Shown here: piece after piece, positions 50,091 to 63,341 of the stretch
Position numbering within the stretch: the stretch's first letter is position 1
Layout: the number at the start of each line of letters is the position of its first letter
NCBI GenBank assembly: GCA_024679065.1
Contig: JAGIQG010000016.1
Span: forward strand, 1,922,001-1,986,000
Origin: Sphyrna mokarran
Taxonomy: Eukaryota
Direction: 5' to 3'
Length of the DNA stretch: 64,000 nucleotides
Notes under the pieces: generated by a model
The model's input: only the letters and a program-made list of their open reading frames with translations
Database searches by the model: none
Told to the model about the DNA's origin: nothing
Translations under genes and position numbers: made by a program

Positions 50091-50649
50091 TCATAGATGT
50101 TGACAATAGAGTCCTTTTCTCAAGAATCACCTTAGGATACCAAAATCTGTTAACAGCCAATGAACTAATTCCTGAATTTCACATAAGTACTTTCTGAATT
50201 CCTGACTGGATTTCTTAGTGACTAAACTATGCACAGCAAGCTCCCACAAATAGGAATGTGATCAATAACCTGATTATCTGATTCCGGTAAAAGTAAATCA
50301 CTGCAAATGCTGGAGATCTGAAATTAGAACAGAAAATGCTGGAAAAACTCAGCAGGTCTGGCAGTATCTGTGTAAAAAGAAATGAGGGCAACCTTTTCCA
50401 TTTTGCCTGCCGTGGGAATTGTAGTAGATAGGGGAGCGGGCTATGCAAAGGTCTGTTGAACTCAGGTGGGATTTTCCGTTTTAAGCTGCTGACAGAGTTT
50501 CAGCAAGTCTAAAAATAGGAAATGATTTAATGATTATTGTAATCTCTCAGTTCTGATTTCATCCTTGTATTCGCTTGTAAGACTGTGATTTCTATTTGAA
50601 TTAATGCTTCATGTTATATTTATCTAAAAGGATCCATTCTCTGTGTTGG

Positions 50650-50943
50650 ATTTCACAGATAAACCCACGATATTCCCTGCTGAAATTATTGCAGGAAAGC
50701 GTGTGAACATAAGCTGCGCCTTCAATACAACGTGCAATGGAACAGCACCAGTCTTAACCTGGGACACTCCCACTGACATACCTGGATCAGTCTCAAAGAC
50801 TCTAACTCAGCATGGTGTCACTCTGACCTATACTTCTGTTCTGACGCTGATCCCATCACTCAAACACCACAGACATAATCTTACCTTTAGAGTGAGATAT
50901 CCGTTTGTTTCATCAGAGCGGATCTTTACACTGACTGTACAAT
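50650..50943 (+). CDS. Gene 2, C2-set exon (canonical acceptor mutated to GG; probable start 50659 via cryptic AG)
   Basis: Colinear paralog of 1871-2164 including ~100 bp of upstream intron; donor T|gtgagt at 50944. Confidence 0.85.
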
Positions 50944-52019
50944 GTGAGTACAGATATAATTAATTGCACATTAGCTATAGTAGTCGACACTGTGCACAGC
51001 AAAATCCCATAAGCAGCATAATGAAAGCAAAATCTTGTGAATAATGAAAATCTGGAAGAAAAGAAGGAAAAGTTCAGCTGGTCTGGGAGCATCTGAGCAA
51101 GGTAAACAGAGATAATATTGAGTCCTTGGTAGCTCATGGAGTGGCCAAGAGACATCAGTGGGGGGGGCCTTTACCAGGACTTGTGGCTGGCACGCTGTGC
51201 TGATTAGCATAGTGAAATCAATATTTCAATATGATTAGCGAGTCCAGGACAGTCTCTGGGCTTGCTAATGTCCCTCCACCCCACCAGGCATAGTTCCCAC
51301 CAGTAAGATTACAAGTGCTCCCCAACAACAGGGAGCAGACATGCTCACCCGCTGGCGGGGATAAAAGCCATTGAGACTCTTCTGTTGGGGGGAGGAAGCG
51401 AGTGGTGGAGTTGGTGCAGGCAGGTGCATCCTAGCACTGCCCAAGGGGAACAGGGCAGTGCCTAGGGGACACCAGGTAATACTAAGGGGGCTGAACCAGA
51501 AGGAATGGGGATTACTGGAGAAGGGATCAGTGCTGTGGTGGGGGGACCCTCTGCCATTCTGCAATGCGATTGATGGGGTAAGGAGTGATGGGGAGATTGG
51601 ATCTGGCCACTAGAGGGGGTGGGGGAGGGTTTGCGGAAGTGGAAGGGCAGAGATTGGGCTGGCCTGAGTGGAATCCAGTAGAACAGCAATCAAAGGATTA
51701 GAAAGTCACGGGGGGAGAGGGGGTTGTATGTGTGTGTGGGAAGGCCACTGATCGGGAGATGGGGGGGGTAATTGGGGGGCTAGTGCGCATACACTGATCT
51801 CCCCACTGACAGATTGGTTCACTGTGCATGTGCCAATGCATAATATGCCACCAGCCTCTCGGACCGATGAGTCGCCACACCCGAAGTTTCCAGCATGAAT
51901 CCCTCTGAGACATTGTGGGATGCACAGAGTGTCAAAGATTCATTCAAGTAAATAAGCCCAAAAAATGGGCTGAAAAATGGGATGTCACTTACTGAAACTA
52001 GAGCACTGGCAGTAATTTT

Positions 52020-55000
52020 CAAATCTTGTCTAGCCATGGGTTTGGTGCCACAGGATGAAAAATTGCTAAACTTGTCTCATTATCAAAAAGGGAAGTAGTA
52101 ATAGGCCAATAAGTTACAGACCAGTCAGTCTAACATGGCGGGAAGGTCACTGAAAAGAATCCTGAGAGACAAAACATATCTATCCTTGGATAGACACAGA
52201 TTAATCAGAAATGATCAGCATGGATTTGTTCAGTGAAGGTCACATTCGACACATTTAATCAAACTCTGTTGAGCTGGTAACTAGGATTGTTGATGATGAT
52301 AATGCATTTGATGTTGCCAAATAGACTTTAGCAAAGCTTTTGATAAGGTCTCTCTTGGCAGTCATGAAAGTAATGGCCCATGGGATCCAAGGCAAAGTGG
52401 CACATTGGATCCAAAATTGGCTGAGAGGCAGGAAGCAGAGAGTGATGGTGCAGGGATGTTTCTGTAACATAAAGCCTGTCTCTAGTGGGGTTACACAGGG
52501 CTCCATGCTGTGTATATTAATGATTTGAGCTGGAACATAGGAGGTATGGTCAAGAAGTTAGCAAATGGCACAAAAATTAGTAGCTTGGTAAACAGTGAAG
52601 AGGATAGCTGTAGACTGCAGATGGATATCAATGGACTGATCAGATGGGCACATCATTGGCAAATTGAAAAGAAAAATTATGGTAATATATTTGGGGAAGG
52701 TTAACAAAGTAAAGAATTATGCTATGAATGGTAGGATATTGGGAAAGCACTGGGATCAGTGGACGGCACGGTGACACAGTGGTTAGCATTGCAGGCTCAT
52801 AACACCAGGGATCTGGGTTCAATTCGCAGCCTGTCTGTGCAGAGTTTGTACATTCTCCTCGTGTCTGCAAGGGTTTGCTCCGGGTGCTCTGGTTTCCTTC
52901 CACAGTCCAAAAGACATGATGGTTAGGTGGATTGCCCATGCTAAATTTTCCTTCTGTGAACCTGAACATGTGCATGAGTGTGGCAACTTGGGTATTTTCA
53001 CAGTGACATCATTGCAGTATTAATGTAAGCCTGCTTGTGACACTAATAAATAAACTTTAAGATCAGAGGGACTTTGGAATGCATACCCAGAGATCTCTGA
53101 AGGTGACATAACAGGTAGCTAAGATAGTTAAGAATTCATATGGAATACCTGTCTTTACTAACCGAAGCATAGAATATAAATGCAGGTGTATCGTGCAGGA
53201 ACTGTACAAAATCTGGTTCAGCCATAACTGGAGTACTTTTGGTCACCATGTTAGGGGAAAGATGTGATTGTACTGGAGTGCCAAGGTCTTTACCAGGATG
53301 CTGCCTGAACTAAATGATTAAAGTTATGAGGAAAGATTGGTAAGCTGGGGTTGTTTTTCCTTGGAGGAGCGAAGGCTGAAAAGGATCTGATACAGATGTA
53401 TCAGATTTTGAGGGGCATAAAAAGGATGGAAAGAGATGTTACTTTTTGAAATTAGCAGAGGAGTAAATAACCAGAAGGCATAGATTTAAGAGATAGAAGG
53501 CTAAGAGGGGAGCTGAGGAGAAACTTACTCATTCAGAGGGTGAAAGGAGTCTGGAACTCCCTGCCTGAAAGGATGATCTTGCAACATTGGAGGAGTATTT
53601 AGATATTCACTTGCACTGCCGTAACCTCATGGGATATGGGTGGGCTAAGCACTGGAAAATGAGATTCATGTAGTCAGACCTTTATCGAGTGGTTTGGATA
53701 CAATGGACTCAATGGCCTCCTACAGTACCTAAAATGTCTATCAATCTATAAATCTATGAAACACAAGAGATCTTGAAGGGTCATCTCAAGGTGGATCTGA
53801 GAGGATCCCCCTAGCAGAGATATCTGAATCATCGATAGTCAGGAGTGAGGTGCCTGAAGATTGGAGGATAGCAAATGTTGAGCCTTTGTTTAAAAAGGGT
53901 TGCAGAGAAAAGCCTGGGAACTACCAGGCCAGTGAGCCTCACATCTCTGATGGATAAGTTGTTGGAAGGCATTTTGAGAGACAGGATCTACAGGCATTTA
54001 GAGACAAAAGGATTGATTAGGGACAGTCAGCATCGCTTTGTGAGTAGAAAATCATGTCTCACAAATTTGATTGAGTTTTTGATGGGGTAACCAACAAGGT
54101 AGATGAGGGCAGTGTAGTTGATGTTGTCTATGGACTTTAGCAAGGCCTTTGACAAGGTACTACATGATAGATTGTTGCAAAAGGTTAAATCTCATGGGAT
54201 CCAGGATGAGGTATCTAAATGGATACAAAACTGGCTTGAGGACAGAAGCCAGATAGTCATTATAGAGGGTTGTTTATCAAACTGCATGCCTGTGACCAGT
54301 GGTGTACCTCAGCCATTAGTGCTGAGTCCACTGTTATTTGTCATTTATATCAATGATTTGGATGAGAATATAGGTGGCATGGTTAGTAAGATTGCAGATG
54401 ACACCAAGTTTGGTGGCATAATGTATGTGAAGAAGGTTATCTCAGACTGCAACGGGGTCTCGATCAGTTGGGCTAATGAGCTAACAAATGGCAGAAGGGG
54501 GTTAATTTAGTTAAAATTTGTAGATTAAACCAGTGCAGGACTTACTCAGTTAATGATAGGACATTGGTGAGAGTTACAGAACAAAGAGATCTCGGGGTAC
54601 AGGTTCACAGCTCCTTGAAATTGGAGTCACAGGTGGACAGAGTGGTGAAGAAGGCATTCAGCATGCTTGGTTTCATTGGTCAGAACACTGAATACAAGAG
54701 TTGGGACGTCTTGTTGAAGTTGTACAAAACATTGGTTAGACCACACTTGAAATATTGTACATAGTTCTGGTCACCATTTTATAGAAAGGTTAATATTAAA
54801 CTAGAAATAGTGCAGAAAAAATTTACTAGAATGCTACCAAGACTTGATGATTTGAGTTATAAGGAGAGGCTGGATAGACTGCGACTTTTTTCTCTGGAGC
54901 ATAGAAGACTTCAGAGTGATCTTATTGAAGTTTATAAAATAATGAGTGGCATAAATAAGGTAGAGAATTAATATCTTTTTCCAAAGGTAGGCGAGTCTAA

Positions 55001-55580
55001 AATGAGAGGGCATCAGGTTAAGGTAAGAGGGGAGAAATACAAAAGGGTCCAGAGGGGGTAATTTTTCACATACAGGGTGATAAGCATCTGGAACAAGCTG
55101 CCAGAGGTAGTAGGAGAGGTAGGTACAATCTTGTCTTTTAAAAAGCATTTTGCCAGTTACATGGGTAAGATGGGTATAGAGGGATATGGGCCAAATGCGG
55201 GCAATTGGGACTAGCTTTAAAAAAAAGGGCAGCATGGACAAGTTGGGACAAAGAGCCTGTTTCCATGCTGGAAACCTTTAAGATTTTCTATGACTCTATG
55301 AATTTAGAATTAGGGGACAATGCCATTTCAAGGCTAAAATAATTTTTCTCTCACAGAGGGTTGTTGATGTTTGGAATTCTCTTCTCAAGAGCAATGGAAT
55401 AAACTCAAGGATGTGATAGATAGAATTTTGATTGACAAAGGAGTGAATAGTTAACAGCGGGCAAGGAAAGATGGAAAACTGGAGTTGAGGCCATATTTGG
55501 GTTAGCCATGATCTTATCGAATGGCAGAATAGGCTTGATTGACTGAATGGCCTGTTCTTGCTTCTAAATCTTGTGTTCAA
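52020..55580 (+). mobile_element. Stack of degenerate CR1 fragments (~52020-53760, 53800-55300, 55300-55580) with nested SINE 52761-53058
   Basis: Repeated RT motifs DFSKAFDKV, GVPQ, ADDTK and three separate 3' tails. Confidence 0.88.
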
Positions 55581-55722
55581 TCAACACTCTTTTCATGCAG
55601 TGTAAATTATTGTTCCTTTTACATATTGATATTCACGTGAAGTATACTGAAAAGTGAAGGATGAAAAGTTTCAAGAGTATATGTCTTTTTCAGTAATATT
55701 CAAGTTCTATGTTGATTTTTAG

Positions 55723-56004
55723 ATGCACCACAAAATCTTTCAATCACTTCTCTTGATATGATTAATGTTTCATGGATCAATATAATTGAGGGGAATTTGA
55801 CAGTGATAATCTGCTCTGTCGAGAGCTTCCCAGCTTCTAATCTGACCTGGAGACATCTTAATGTCACAATAAACAGAACAAGATCCAACAATGAGCTGTG
55901 GTTGGTGATTCCTCACGTTACATCCAGAGACAGTGGAGTCTATCAGTGTGTGGCAGAGAATGAACATGGAGCATTGGAGAGGTCCATAGCCATTACTGTG
56001 GAAA
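55723..56004 (+). CDS. Gene 2, single copy of the 282-bp Ig repeat exon
   Basis: ttttag|ATGCACC..GAAA|gtgagt, phase 1-1; near-identical to gene 1 repeat exons. Confidence 0.92.
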
Positions 56005-57317
56005 GTGAGTGTACAAAAACATTAACATTTTGTTTTTATTGTTTCAGGAAATGTGAGTACTTCTGGCAATTTTGATATTTAATGTCAATTCCTAATTACC
56101 CTTTCAGAAAGTGGTAGAGATTGAGCCACTTGCTTAAACTGTTGTGATCCATCTGGGTTGGGTGCATGCGCAGTATTGCTTTGTCCTAGATTGTCTGGAG
56201 CTTCTGGAGTGTTCTTAGAACTGCATTCATCCATGCTGCTGAAGAATATTCCCCCTCACTCTTGATTTGTGTATTTTCAATGTTGAACAAATTTTGTGAA
56301 ATCAAGAGGTGAGGATTCCCTCTGACCTACTCTCAGAACTCACCTTCTGGCCAATGGGAATCCAGGTAACCCCCAAGTCAGTGATAATGGGTGATATAAT
56401 AAAGGTAATGCCTTTGTACATCTAGGGAAGGTGATTACATCTAATGTTGTTGGAGATGACCATTGCCTGGCAATTGTGTGGCATGAATTTTACCTGCCAC
56501 TTATCAGCTCAAGCCTGAAAGTTGTCCCGGTCTTGCTGGATTTGGACATGGACTGCTTCAGTGTCTGAGCAGCCATGAGTTGTATCGGGCATAATGCAAT
56601 TATCAGCAAACATCATTCCTTGGTGGAATGAAAGTAAGGTCATTGATGAAGCAGTTGAAAATATTTAGCACATTAGCCAGAGAACCACCTATAGTGATGG
56701 AACTGAGATGACATGAGTTGCAACAGACATAACCAACTTCCCCTGTGTTATTTATGACTCCAAGCCCCAAAAACTCCAATTTTGCTGAGGCTCCTTGATG
56801 CCGTTTTTGCTCAAATGTTGCTTTCATGCCAAGAATAGTCATTCTCACTTCATCTCTGGAGTTCAGCTCTTTTGTCCATGTTTGGATCTAGGCTCTAATG
56901 AGTTCAGGAGCCAAGTGGTTCTGGTGGAATTGAAATAGAGCATCCATGAGCAGGTATTTGATGAGTGAAGCTTGATAGTGCTATTATGAGATCTGCCATT
57001 AGTTCACTGATGATGGAAAGTAGACTAATGGGGAGATAATTGGCTGTGTTGAGTTTGTTCTACTTATTATGGATATCATGGGAATTTTTCACATTGCTGG
57101 ACAGATGCCAGTATTATAAGTGAACTAGAATAGCTTGGTGCAGATAGTTCTGGAGCACAAGTCCTCACTGCAATTGCCAGAATGTTATCAAGGCCCACAG
57201 CTTTTTCAGCATCCAATCCCTTCAGTTATTTCCTGGTATCATATGGAGATAATGGAATTAGAAGAAGACTAGCACCTATGATGTTGAGGACTTCAGGGAG
57301 GAAGCTTGAGATGGCTG

Positions 57318-57625
57318 GGGCGGCACTTTGGTGCAGTGGTTATCGCTGCTGCCTCACAGCACCAGGGACTTTGATTCATGGCTTGGGTCACTATCTGTGC
57401 AGAGTCTGCACATTCTCCCCATGTCTGCATGCATTTCCTCCGGGTGTTCCAGTTTCTTCCCTCAGTCCAAAGGTGTGCAGATTAGATAGATTGGCCATAC
57501 TAAATTGCCCCTTTGTGTCAGGGGGACTAGCTAGGGTAAATGTATGGGGATAGGGTTAAGGGGGATTGTGGTCAGTGCAGACTTGTTGATCGAATGGCCT
57601 CTTTCTGCACTGTAGGAATCTATGA
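57318..57625 (+). mobile_element. HE1-like SINE nested in an old minus-strand LINE (56040-57760)
   Basis: GGGCGGCAC..GTGGTTA..CTGCTGCCTCACAGCACCAGGGAC head; CTGCACTGTAGGAATCTATG tail. Confidence 0.85.
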
Positions 57626-57984
57626 AAATTCAGTCTTTTTTGACTGGCACGCTGGACTCCACCATCACTGAAGATGAGCAAATTTATTAAGTATCCTCTT
57701 TTAGTATGTTGTTTAATTGTCCATTACCATTCACAACTACAACTGACAGGACTGCAGAGCTTTGATCTGATGTATAGAATGCTGCTTCCGTTCTTTATCC
57801 TCCCAGCAGTTTGGCAATCCTTGTTATACATGAAACCTACTTATAAAAATAGTGTATATAAATATAACAGATTAACGTAGCTTGTACCAACTTTACATGT
57901 ATATATAGTAATCTCATCACAAATGCTGAATGATCAGCTACACATCTAAGAACCATTCTAAAACTGTACTGGTTATTTTTAAAG

Positions 57985-58081
57985 GTCAAGATTCCAATCA
58001 ATGGATAATAGGATTGCTTGGAGCTGGAATTACTTCGTGCATTGGATCAATTGGATTCATCATCTACAAGTTTGTGAGAAA
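57985..58081 (+). CDS. Gene 2, transmembrane exon
   Basis: ttaaag|GT..AA|gtaagt, 97 bp, same size and phase as gene 1 TM exon; SQDSNQWIIGLLGAGITSCIGSIGFIIYKFVRK. Confidence 0.85.
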
Positions 58082-58606
58082 GTAAGTGTGAAGATTTAAT
58101 TTGTTGGTTTTGATCATGTTAACTTCAAGCTTTTCTCTTTGCAGCACGAGTTTGCATTTCTATAGCACCTTACAAAACCTAAAATCTCTCACAGCCTCAG
58201 AACAGCTCTGATTTTCACTCACTGTTTAACATTTAAAACTGTAATTTGCGGTGTCAACATGGACATTCACTCTTTTTTCTTTCTCCAGTAATACCCTACC
58301 TTTCATTCTCTCTGTGTCTCTCGTTCAACTTATCTCTTATCCTATTGCATGCTGTTCAGATTCTCACATTTTGAAAGAATGCTCAGCAACATCTGCTCCT
58401 TCTCAAGACTCACCTCACCACCTGAAGTGAGCAGTGAAATAAAAAATCAGTCAATGACTACCCAGTTTCACACTGGATTCACATCACAGTGTCAGAACAT
58501 AAAGGTTTTACAGTTACAACAAAACTAAGATCCTTTGTTTCAATAAAAAGGGTTTTTCTGATTTGACTCACAGTGACACATCAACTCTTTCTAATTAAAC
58601 ACACAG

Positions 58607-58691
58607 AAGGAGCAGTACAGGAAGAGGACATTCAGCCCAAGTAGAGCAGGTCGGCAGTTACTCTCAAGGCAGGCAATTGGACAGGTCCCAA
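58607..58691 (+). CDS. Gene 2, cytoplasmic exon 1
   Basis: acacag|AAGG..CCAA|gtaatg, 85 bp, phase 2-0; RSSTGRGHSAQVEQVGSYSQGRQLDRSQ. Confidence 0.65.
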
Positions 58692-58809
58692 GTAATGGCA
58701 TGATTGGAGTTATATTCCACAACTGGGAACTTACTCCCCTAGTAATCTAAGCCAACACCAAACACAGATCACGTTGATATTTATCTGTCCATATCTATTT
58801 CTATTACAG

Positions 58810-58911
58810 GAGAGAGGAGATTCGAAATGGGAGGTGAAATCAAACTGCATAATCCTAAAAGATCCTACTTATGAAAATTGTGTGTTTGATAGATACTTGA
58901 GTCATCAGAAG
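58810..58911 (+). CDS. Gene 2, cytoplasmic exon 2
   Basis: ttacag|GAG..AAG|gtgagt, 102 bp, phase 0-0; ERGDSKWEVKSNCIILKDPTYENCVFDRYLSHQK. Confidence 0.8.
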
Positions 58912-59039
58912 GTGAGTGACACACCACAGCCTTTCACGTGGATAGTCACCTGGTTATTGATGTGTCATGTCTTTGCTCTAGTCATGACTCTCTGACGGTT
59001 AGCACACCCAAACCCAACTCCATAAACATCAGACTCAAC

Positions 59040-59272
59040 ATCATTCAGTGTCAATAATCAAACCCTGTTAAGTACCAATAATCAAATCCTGTTCAGTGTC
59101 AATAATCAAATCTTGTTCAGTATCAATAATCAAACCCCGTTCGGTATCAATAATCAAAGCCCATTCAGTGTCAATAATCAAATCCAACATCAGTTTCAAT
59201 AATTAAACATAGTTCAGTATCAATAAACAAATCCATTTAATATCAATAACCAAGCACAACACCATTCAGTGT
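59040..59272. repeat. 24-bp minisatellite (TCAGTRTCAATAATCAAACCCTGT)n; continues at 63170-63245
   Basis: About 9 copies left and 3 right of an LTR element. Confidence 0.9.
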
Positions 59273-62200
59273 TGTTAGCAACCAGATCAGAAACTCCAAA
59301 GTATATTATGAAGTTAGATTAGACCCCACTCACTTTTTGATTTTAATATTACAGTGAGCAGAAGATGTTTCATTCCAGATGAGATTCTATCACCCACTCA
59401 GAAGTTTTTATTAAAACAAACTTTATTTAACAATACAGTTTAATTATAACAAAAAGAATTAGCCTAACATTTCTGCGTCAAACAACTCAACTTAAACATG
59501 AGAAGATATTATTCTTAACTGCTATTAGTTCCAATTTAAGCTGTACTTCTCATAGATATAAATTCTTCAGAATGAGTGAGCAAAAACAGAGTCTTATGTG
59601 ACCCGCTAGTCCTCCAACCTTTTATAACATCTGGACACGGAGAGACTCACCTGTCTTCTGACTCACAGACAGTAGCCTCCAGAGAAAGACCTGTCTTCAC
59701 AAGCAGCAAAATTCCAGAAAAAGAGATGGAGAAAACACTTCTTGCCTTTTGCAGACCTCTGGAGAAGAATATGTATTTTCTAGCAGGTCCCAGGCTTCAA
59801 TTTCCAGAAAGAGAGGGAAAGAGAAAAATATCCAAATCCAAAGAGCAACTGCCTGTGTGTCTTTCTCTGTAAGGCTAGCTCTGCCCATTCATGAGTTTCT
59901 CTTGTCTGAGAGACCCTTCTCTGAAACCCCAGGAAACAATCCAAAGGGTAACAAAACTGCATTAACTCAGATTAAAACAAACACCCCAATAATTAGGAGC
60001 AATTATTCATCTATATTCTTAATATGTGGACTGCTACAATTGGCACTGTAATCAGAGCTGAAGTATTAAACAGTCCCCTCACAAGAAATATGGTGCAAAT
60101 ACCTTTCCTAAAAGTACAGTAGTAACACCACATATCTTAAAAAAATCAACTATCAATATACAAAAATGGCTTCATTTTTTTTAAAAACCTCTACTTTCAT
60201 ATTATTAATACTCTACAACATATAAGCATGCAAATATAACAGTAGCAGAGTCAAATTCAGTCCTTTACTCCCACATCAAACATTCCTTCTTTTTTATCAA
60301 AGTTGCAATAAAGCATAGGCAATCACGTTCGCTCTTTCCACTTGCTCAACATCCTTTTTCAGTCCTTGATCCTGCTTTGATTCGAAGTCTGAGTTCAATT
60401 TTGTTGTCGCAACTGTAAATTAGTTTTAGTAATGTCCTTAAAGAACCAGGGACGATCAGGAGGATAAAACTTTACATTGGATGCAAACTTGCACAAACTA
60501 CTTTGGATTTGCTTTTTAATTTCCTTGACTCAGTCGAAACAGTTCTTTTGATTTTCAGAGATTCCTCTATCAGGCAGGCCAACTCCACATTCTGTTGTGA
60601 ACTGGTGTTTCAACAGTCTTTCCCACATCTCCAATCTTTCTGTTCAAAGCTACTTTACCAATTTCTTAATTGTTCTAGATCTTCATTATCATTTTCTACA
60701 TATTCTTTGGCTATAAATATATAGCAGATTGTTTTCTTTGGTGACAAAATTCATCATTCCAACAACTAGCATGGCAATTCTGTTGCTGCAAAAACCATCA
60801 TAATTTACTCATACACCAGTTATGGACAGTACTGCTTCTCTTAGTAACCACAATCTGTACAAGCTGTATAGATTCATTATTCCAGCAGTTCATTTCAAAT
60901 GATGGTATTGTTTCACCAAACTGTCTCACCTCATGCCGTTGTCCTTTACTTTCGCCTGCAGTAGTAAAATACTTCTGTTCCTCAATCTCCATTTTGCAAT
61001 CACCCATAACTGTTAATTCATCGACATTTTTCTTTTCATAGATGATGCATTGTTTTTAATAGTTGACATTCAGTTAATTCCAACAACTCAGGAACAGCTT
61101 TCAAAATAGTCAACTTTTCTTGCATTTGTCTCCGCACCTGCTCACTTTCCTGAATCAATCATTGTTCACAAACTAGTATTCCTTTTTTGCCTTCACCAGT
61201 TTTACATTGCACTCACCTGCCTTCATTCAAGTCTTCATTAACTGAGATTTGTAACTATTCACCAGCCCTTCATAGTGCTTGATTGAGACTTTCAACTGCT
61301 GCATCTCAGGCCAAGCAAATGTCAGCTTTTCCTTCCAAACCCCCCGGGACAGCTTCAGTAGATTAAATCTAGACAAATGTTGCTCAATTGGAACAGCATT
61401 TTCTACATCACGCACACTTATTTTAGTTTTTCCCAATACATTCCCACATATATCTCCATGTGAATGTAATAACTTTTTCAGCTCATTTTGATTTTCTTCT
61501 CAAAAGTAACTCAGTATGTAAATCCCAATATTTGATTACTTCCTGATTGTCCAATTCGATTTGAGAAATGTCAATTTCAGAATCATCTAGTTCTTTTTTC
61601 GCTCTGCATTGTGATCACCAACACAGCCTTCTTCTGCTTTTCATCCCTTTCAAAATACTGGTTGAGCATTTGTAAAGAGAGAAAAGTACAACATTTTGAG
61701 TCCACATGACAGACAAAAGGTCTCCTGGACTCAAAATATCAGGTCTTTCTCTCCTTACAAATGCTGCCAGACCTGCTGAGATTTTCCAGAATTTTCACTT
61801 TCGGTTTCAGATTCCAGCATCTGCAGTAATTTGCTGTATACTGTTCCAGTATATTCATATGACACACTCTGGGGATGGTCTTACCATCGCGTTGTATCAG
61901 TTTTTGGGCATGATGCAATGGTAAAGTTGGGCGTAAAGCACTTAGCATGGTTGGTGCCATTTTTTTTGCGAGTACCAGATTTCTGGCATGGTCAGCCTCT
62001 TGCTGGAAATGGGCAGGAGGCAGGTTAATATATACAGATTTATAATAATGTTATTTTACATCTGCTTAGTGAGTCTAGCATTCAATTGTCCAGGCCCCCC
62101 ACCTACTTTGTGATCTCGCCAGGAAAGTTCACATTGGAGAGGAATAGACATGCTCTCCATGAATGGAGAGCAATCAGACTTGGCCTCACTGGTTGAACCT

Positions 62201-63170
62201 GAGGCAATTGAGGCCCCGCCAGGGAAGTCAAGGGCAAGGCCAAATTGGCAGTGTCACCCTGGCACCTGAGCAATGCTCACTGGGCAGGGCTAATGGGGGC
62301 AGCAGCCAACTGCCACTTTGCAGGAATTGGTGGGGGGAAGAGAGGGGTCTGTTGCCACTCTGCAGCAATTGGTGGGCAGAGACCAACAGATCCACAATTG
62401 TCAGGGTTGGGGACCAGCAGGGGCTTTATTTTGGGCCACCGCAATTATAGGGGGGGTACTGTTTCAAGCAGTCTGCAGTAGCAGGGGCCTGACAGCTCTC
62501 TGTTTTTCAGACCCATTACTGACATTGCGTACATGCAGCATCACAAGCATGCACATGAGCAGTCTTTCCTTCTACAAGCCCCACTCACAGGCTTCTGCAA
62601 CGAGCAACAGGTTTGCTGGTATTTTTACAAGCGGAGTATTGGGTGGGGGGGTAGGGGTGGGAGGGGGACCTGAGAACATGCCCAAAAGACAGATCTAAAA
62701 CTCTCTCAGTTTCAAGTCTATTCAGCATTGAGAAAAAAATGGTAAAATTGTCCCATCTGAGTTTTACTTAGTCCTAAATAACCTCCTACTGATACACATT
62801 TTCCAGCAGGTCTCAGACTTCAATTTCCAAAAAGAGAGAGGAAAAGAGTTGCTGTTCCATTTAAATTCAAACATTAATTGCCTGCTCTCTGAAACCCTAT
62901 CTCCGACCACTCATATGCCTATCTCCTCTTGTCAAGTAGGCTAATCAAACCCCCACTATGAAACTTCAAAGAACAACTCCAAAAAACAAAACTGCATTAA
63001 CCCAAATTAAAACAAATACTCCAAAAACTCGGAGCAATTATTCTTCTACGTACTCAGCACGTGGGCTGTAAGTCATAAACAGTCAACACTGTAATCAGAG
63101 CTGAAAAATAAAATAGTCCCCTCACAAGAAACATGATACAAATACATTTCTCAAAGATACAGTATTAATA
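59273..63170 (-). mobile_element. Degenerate LTR retroelement: LTR 59273-60127, decayed internal region, partial LTR ~62790-63170
   Basis: Direct repeat 59780-60127 vs 62800-63170; same LTR family as the solo LTRs; splits the 24-bp minisatellite. Confidence 0.75.
61650..61840. mobile_element. Penelope-derived inverted-repeat fragment (related pieces at 50295-50400 and 51045-51130)
   Basis: ATTTTGAGTCCA..TGGACTCAAAAT hairpin then GCTGCCAGACCTGCTGAG.TTTTCCAG; reverse complement present at 50330-50375. Confidence 0.6.
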
Positions 63171-63341
63171 ATTAAACCCCGTTCAGTATCAATAATCAAA
63201 CTCCATATAGTATCAATAAACAAACCCTGTTCAGTATCAATAATTGATGACTGGTGTGGGTGGAATTTTCAATTTGGATCAATTATACTAAACATATATC
63301 ACTTCTGATTATCTCTCTGATCCTTTCTGTTTCTATTACAG

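Noticed and set aside
51130-52020. GC-rich segments (also 420-600, 61900-62760) with short ORFs
   Set aside because: Probably decayed non-autonomous DNA transposons, but termini and family could not be established by eye, so not called
57985-58081. Lys in gene 2 TM as a DAP12/FcRg-coupling residue
   Set aside because: It follows a 22-residue uncharged stretch and sits at the cytoplasmic boundary, not mid-membrane
59040-59272. Regular short repeats suggestive of a CRISPR array
   Set aside because: Head-to-tail units without unique spacers, vertebrate context, no cas genes
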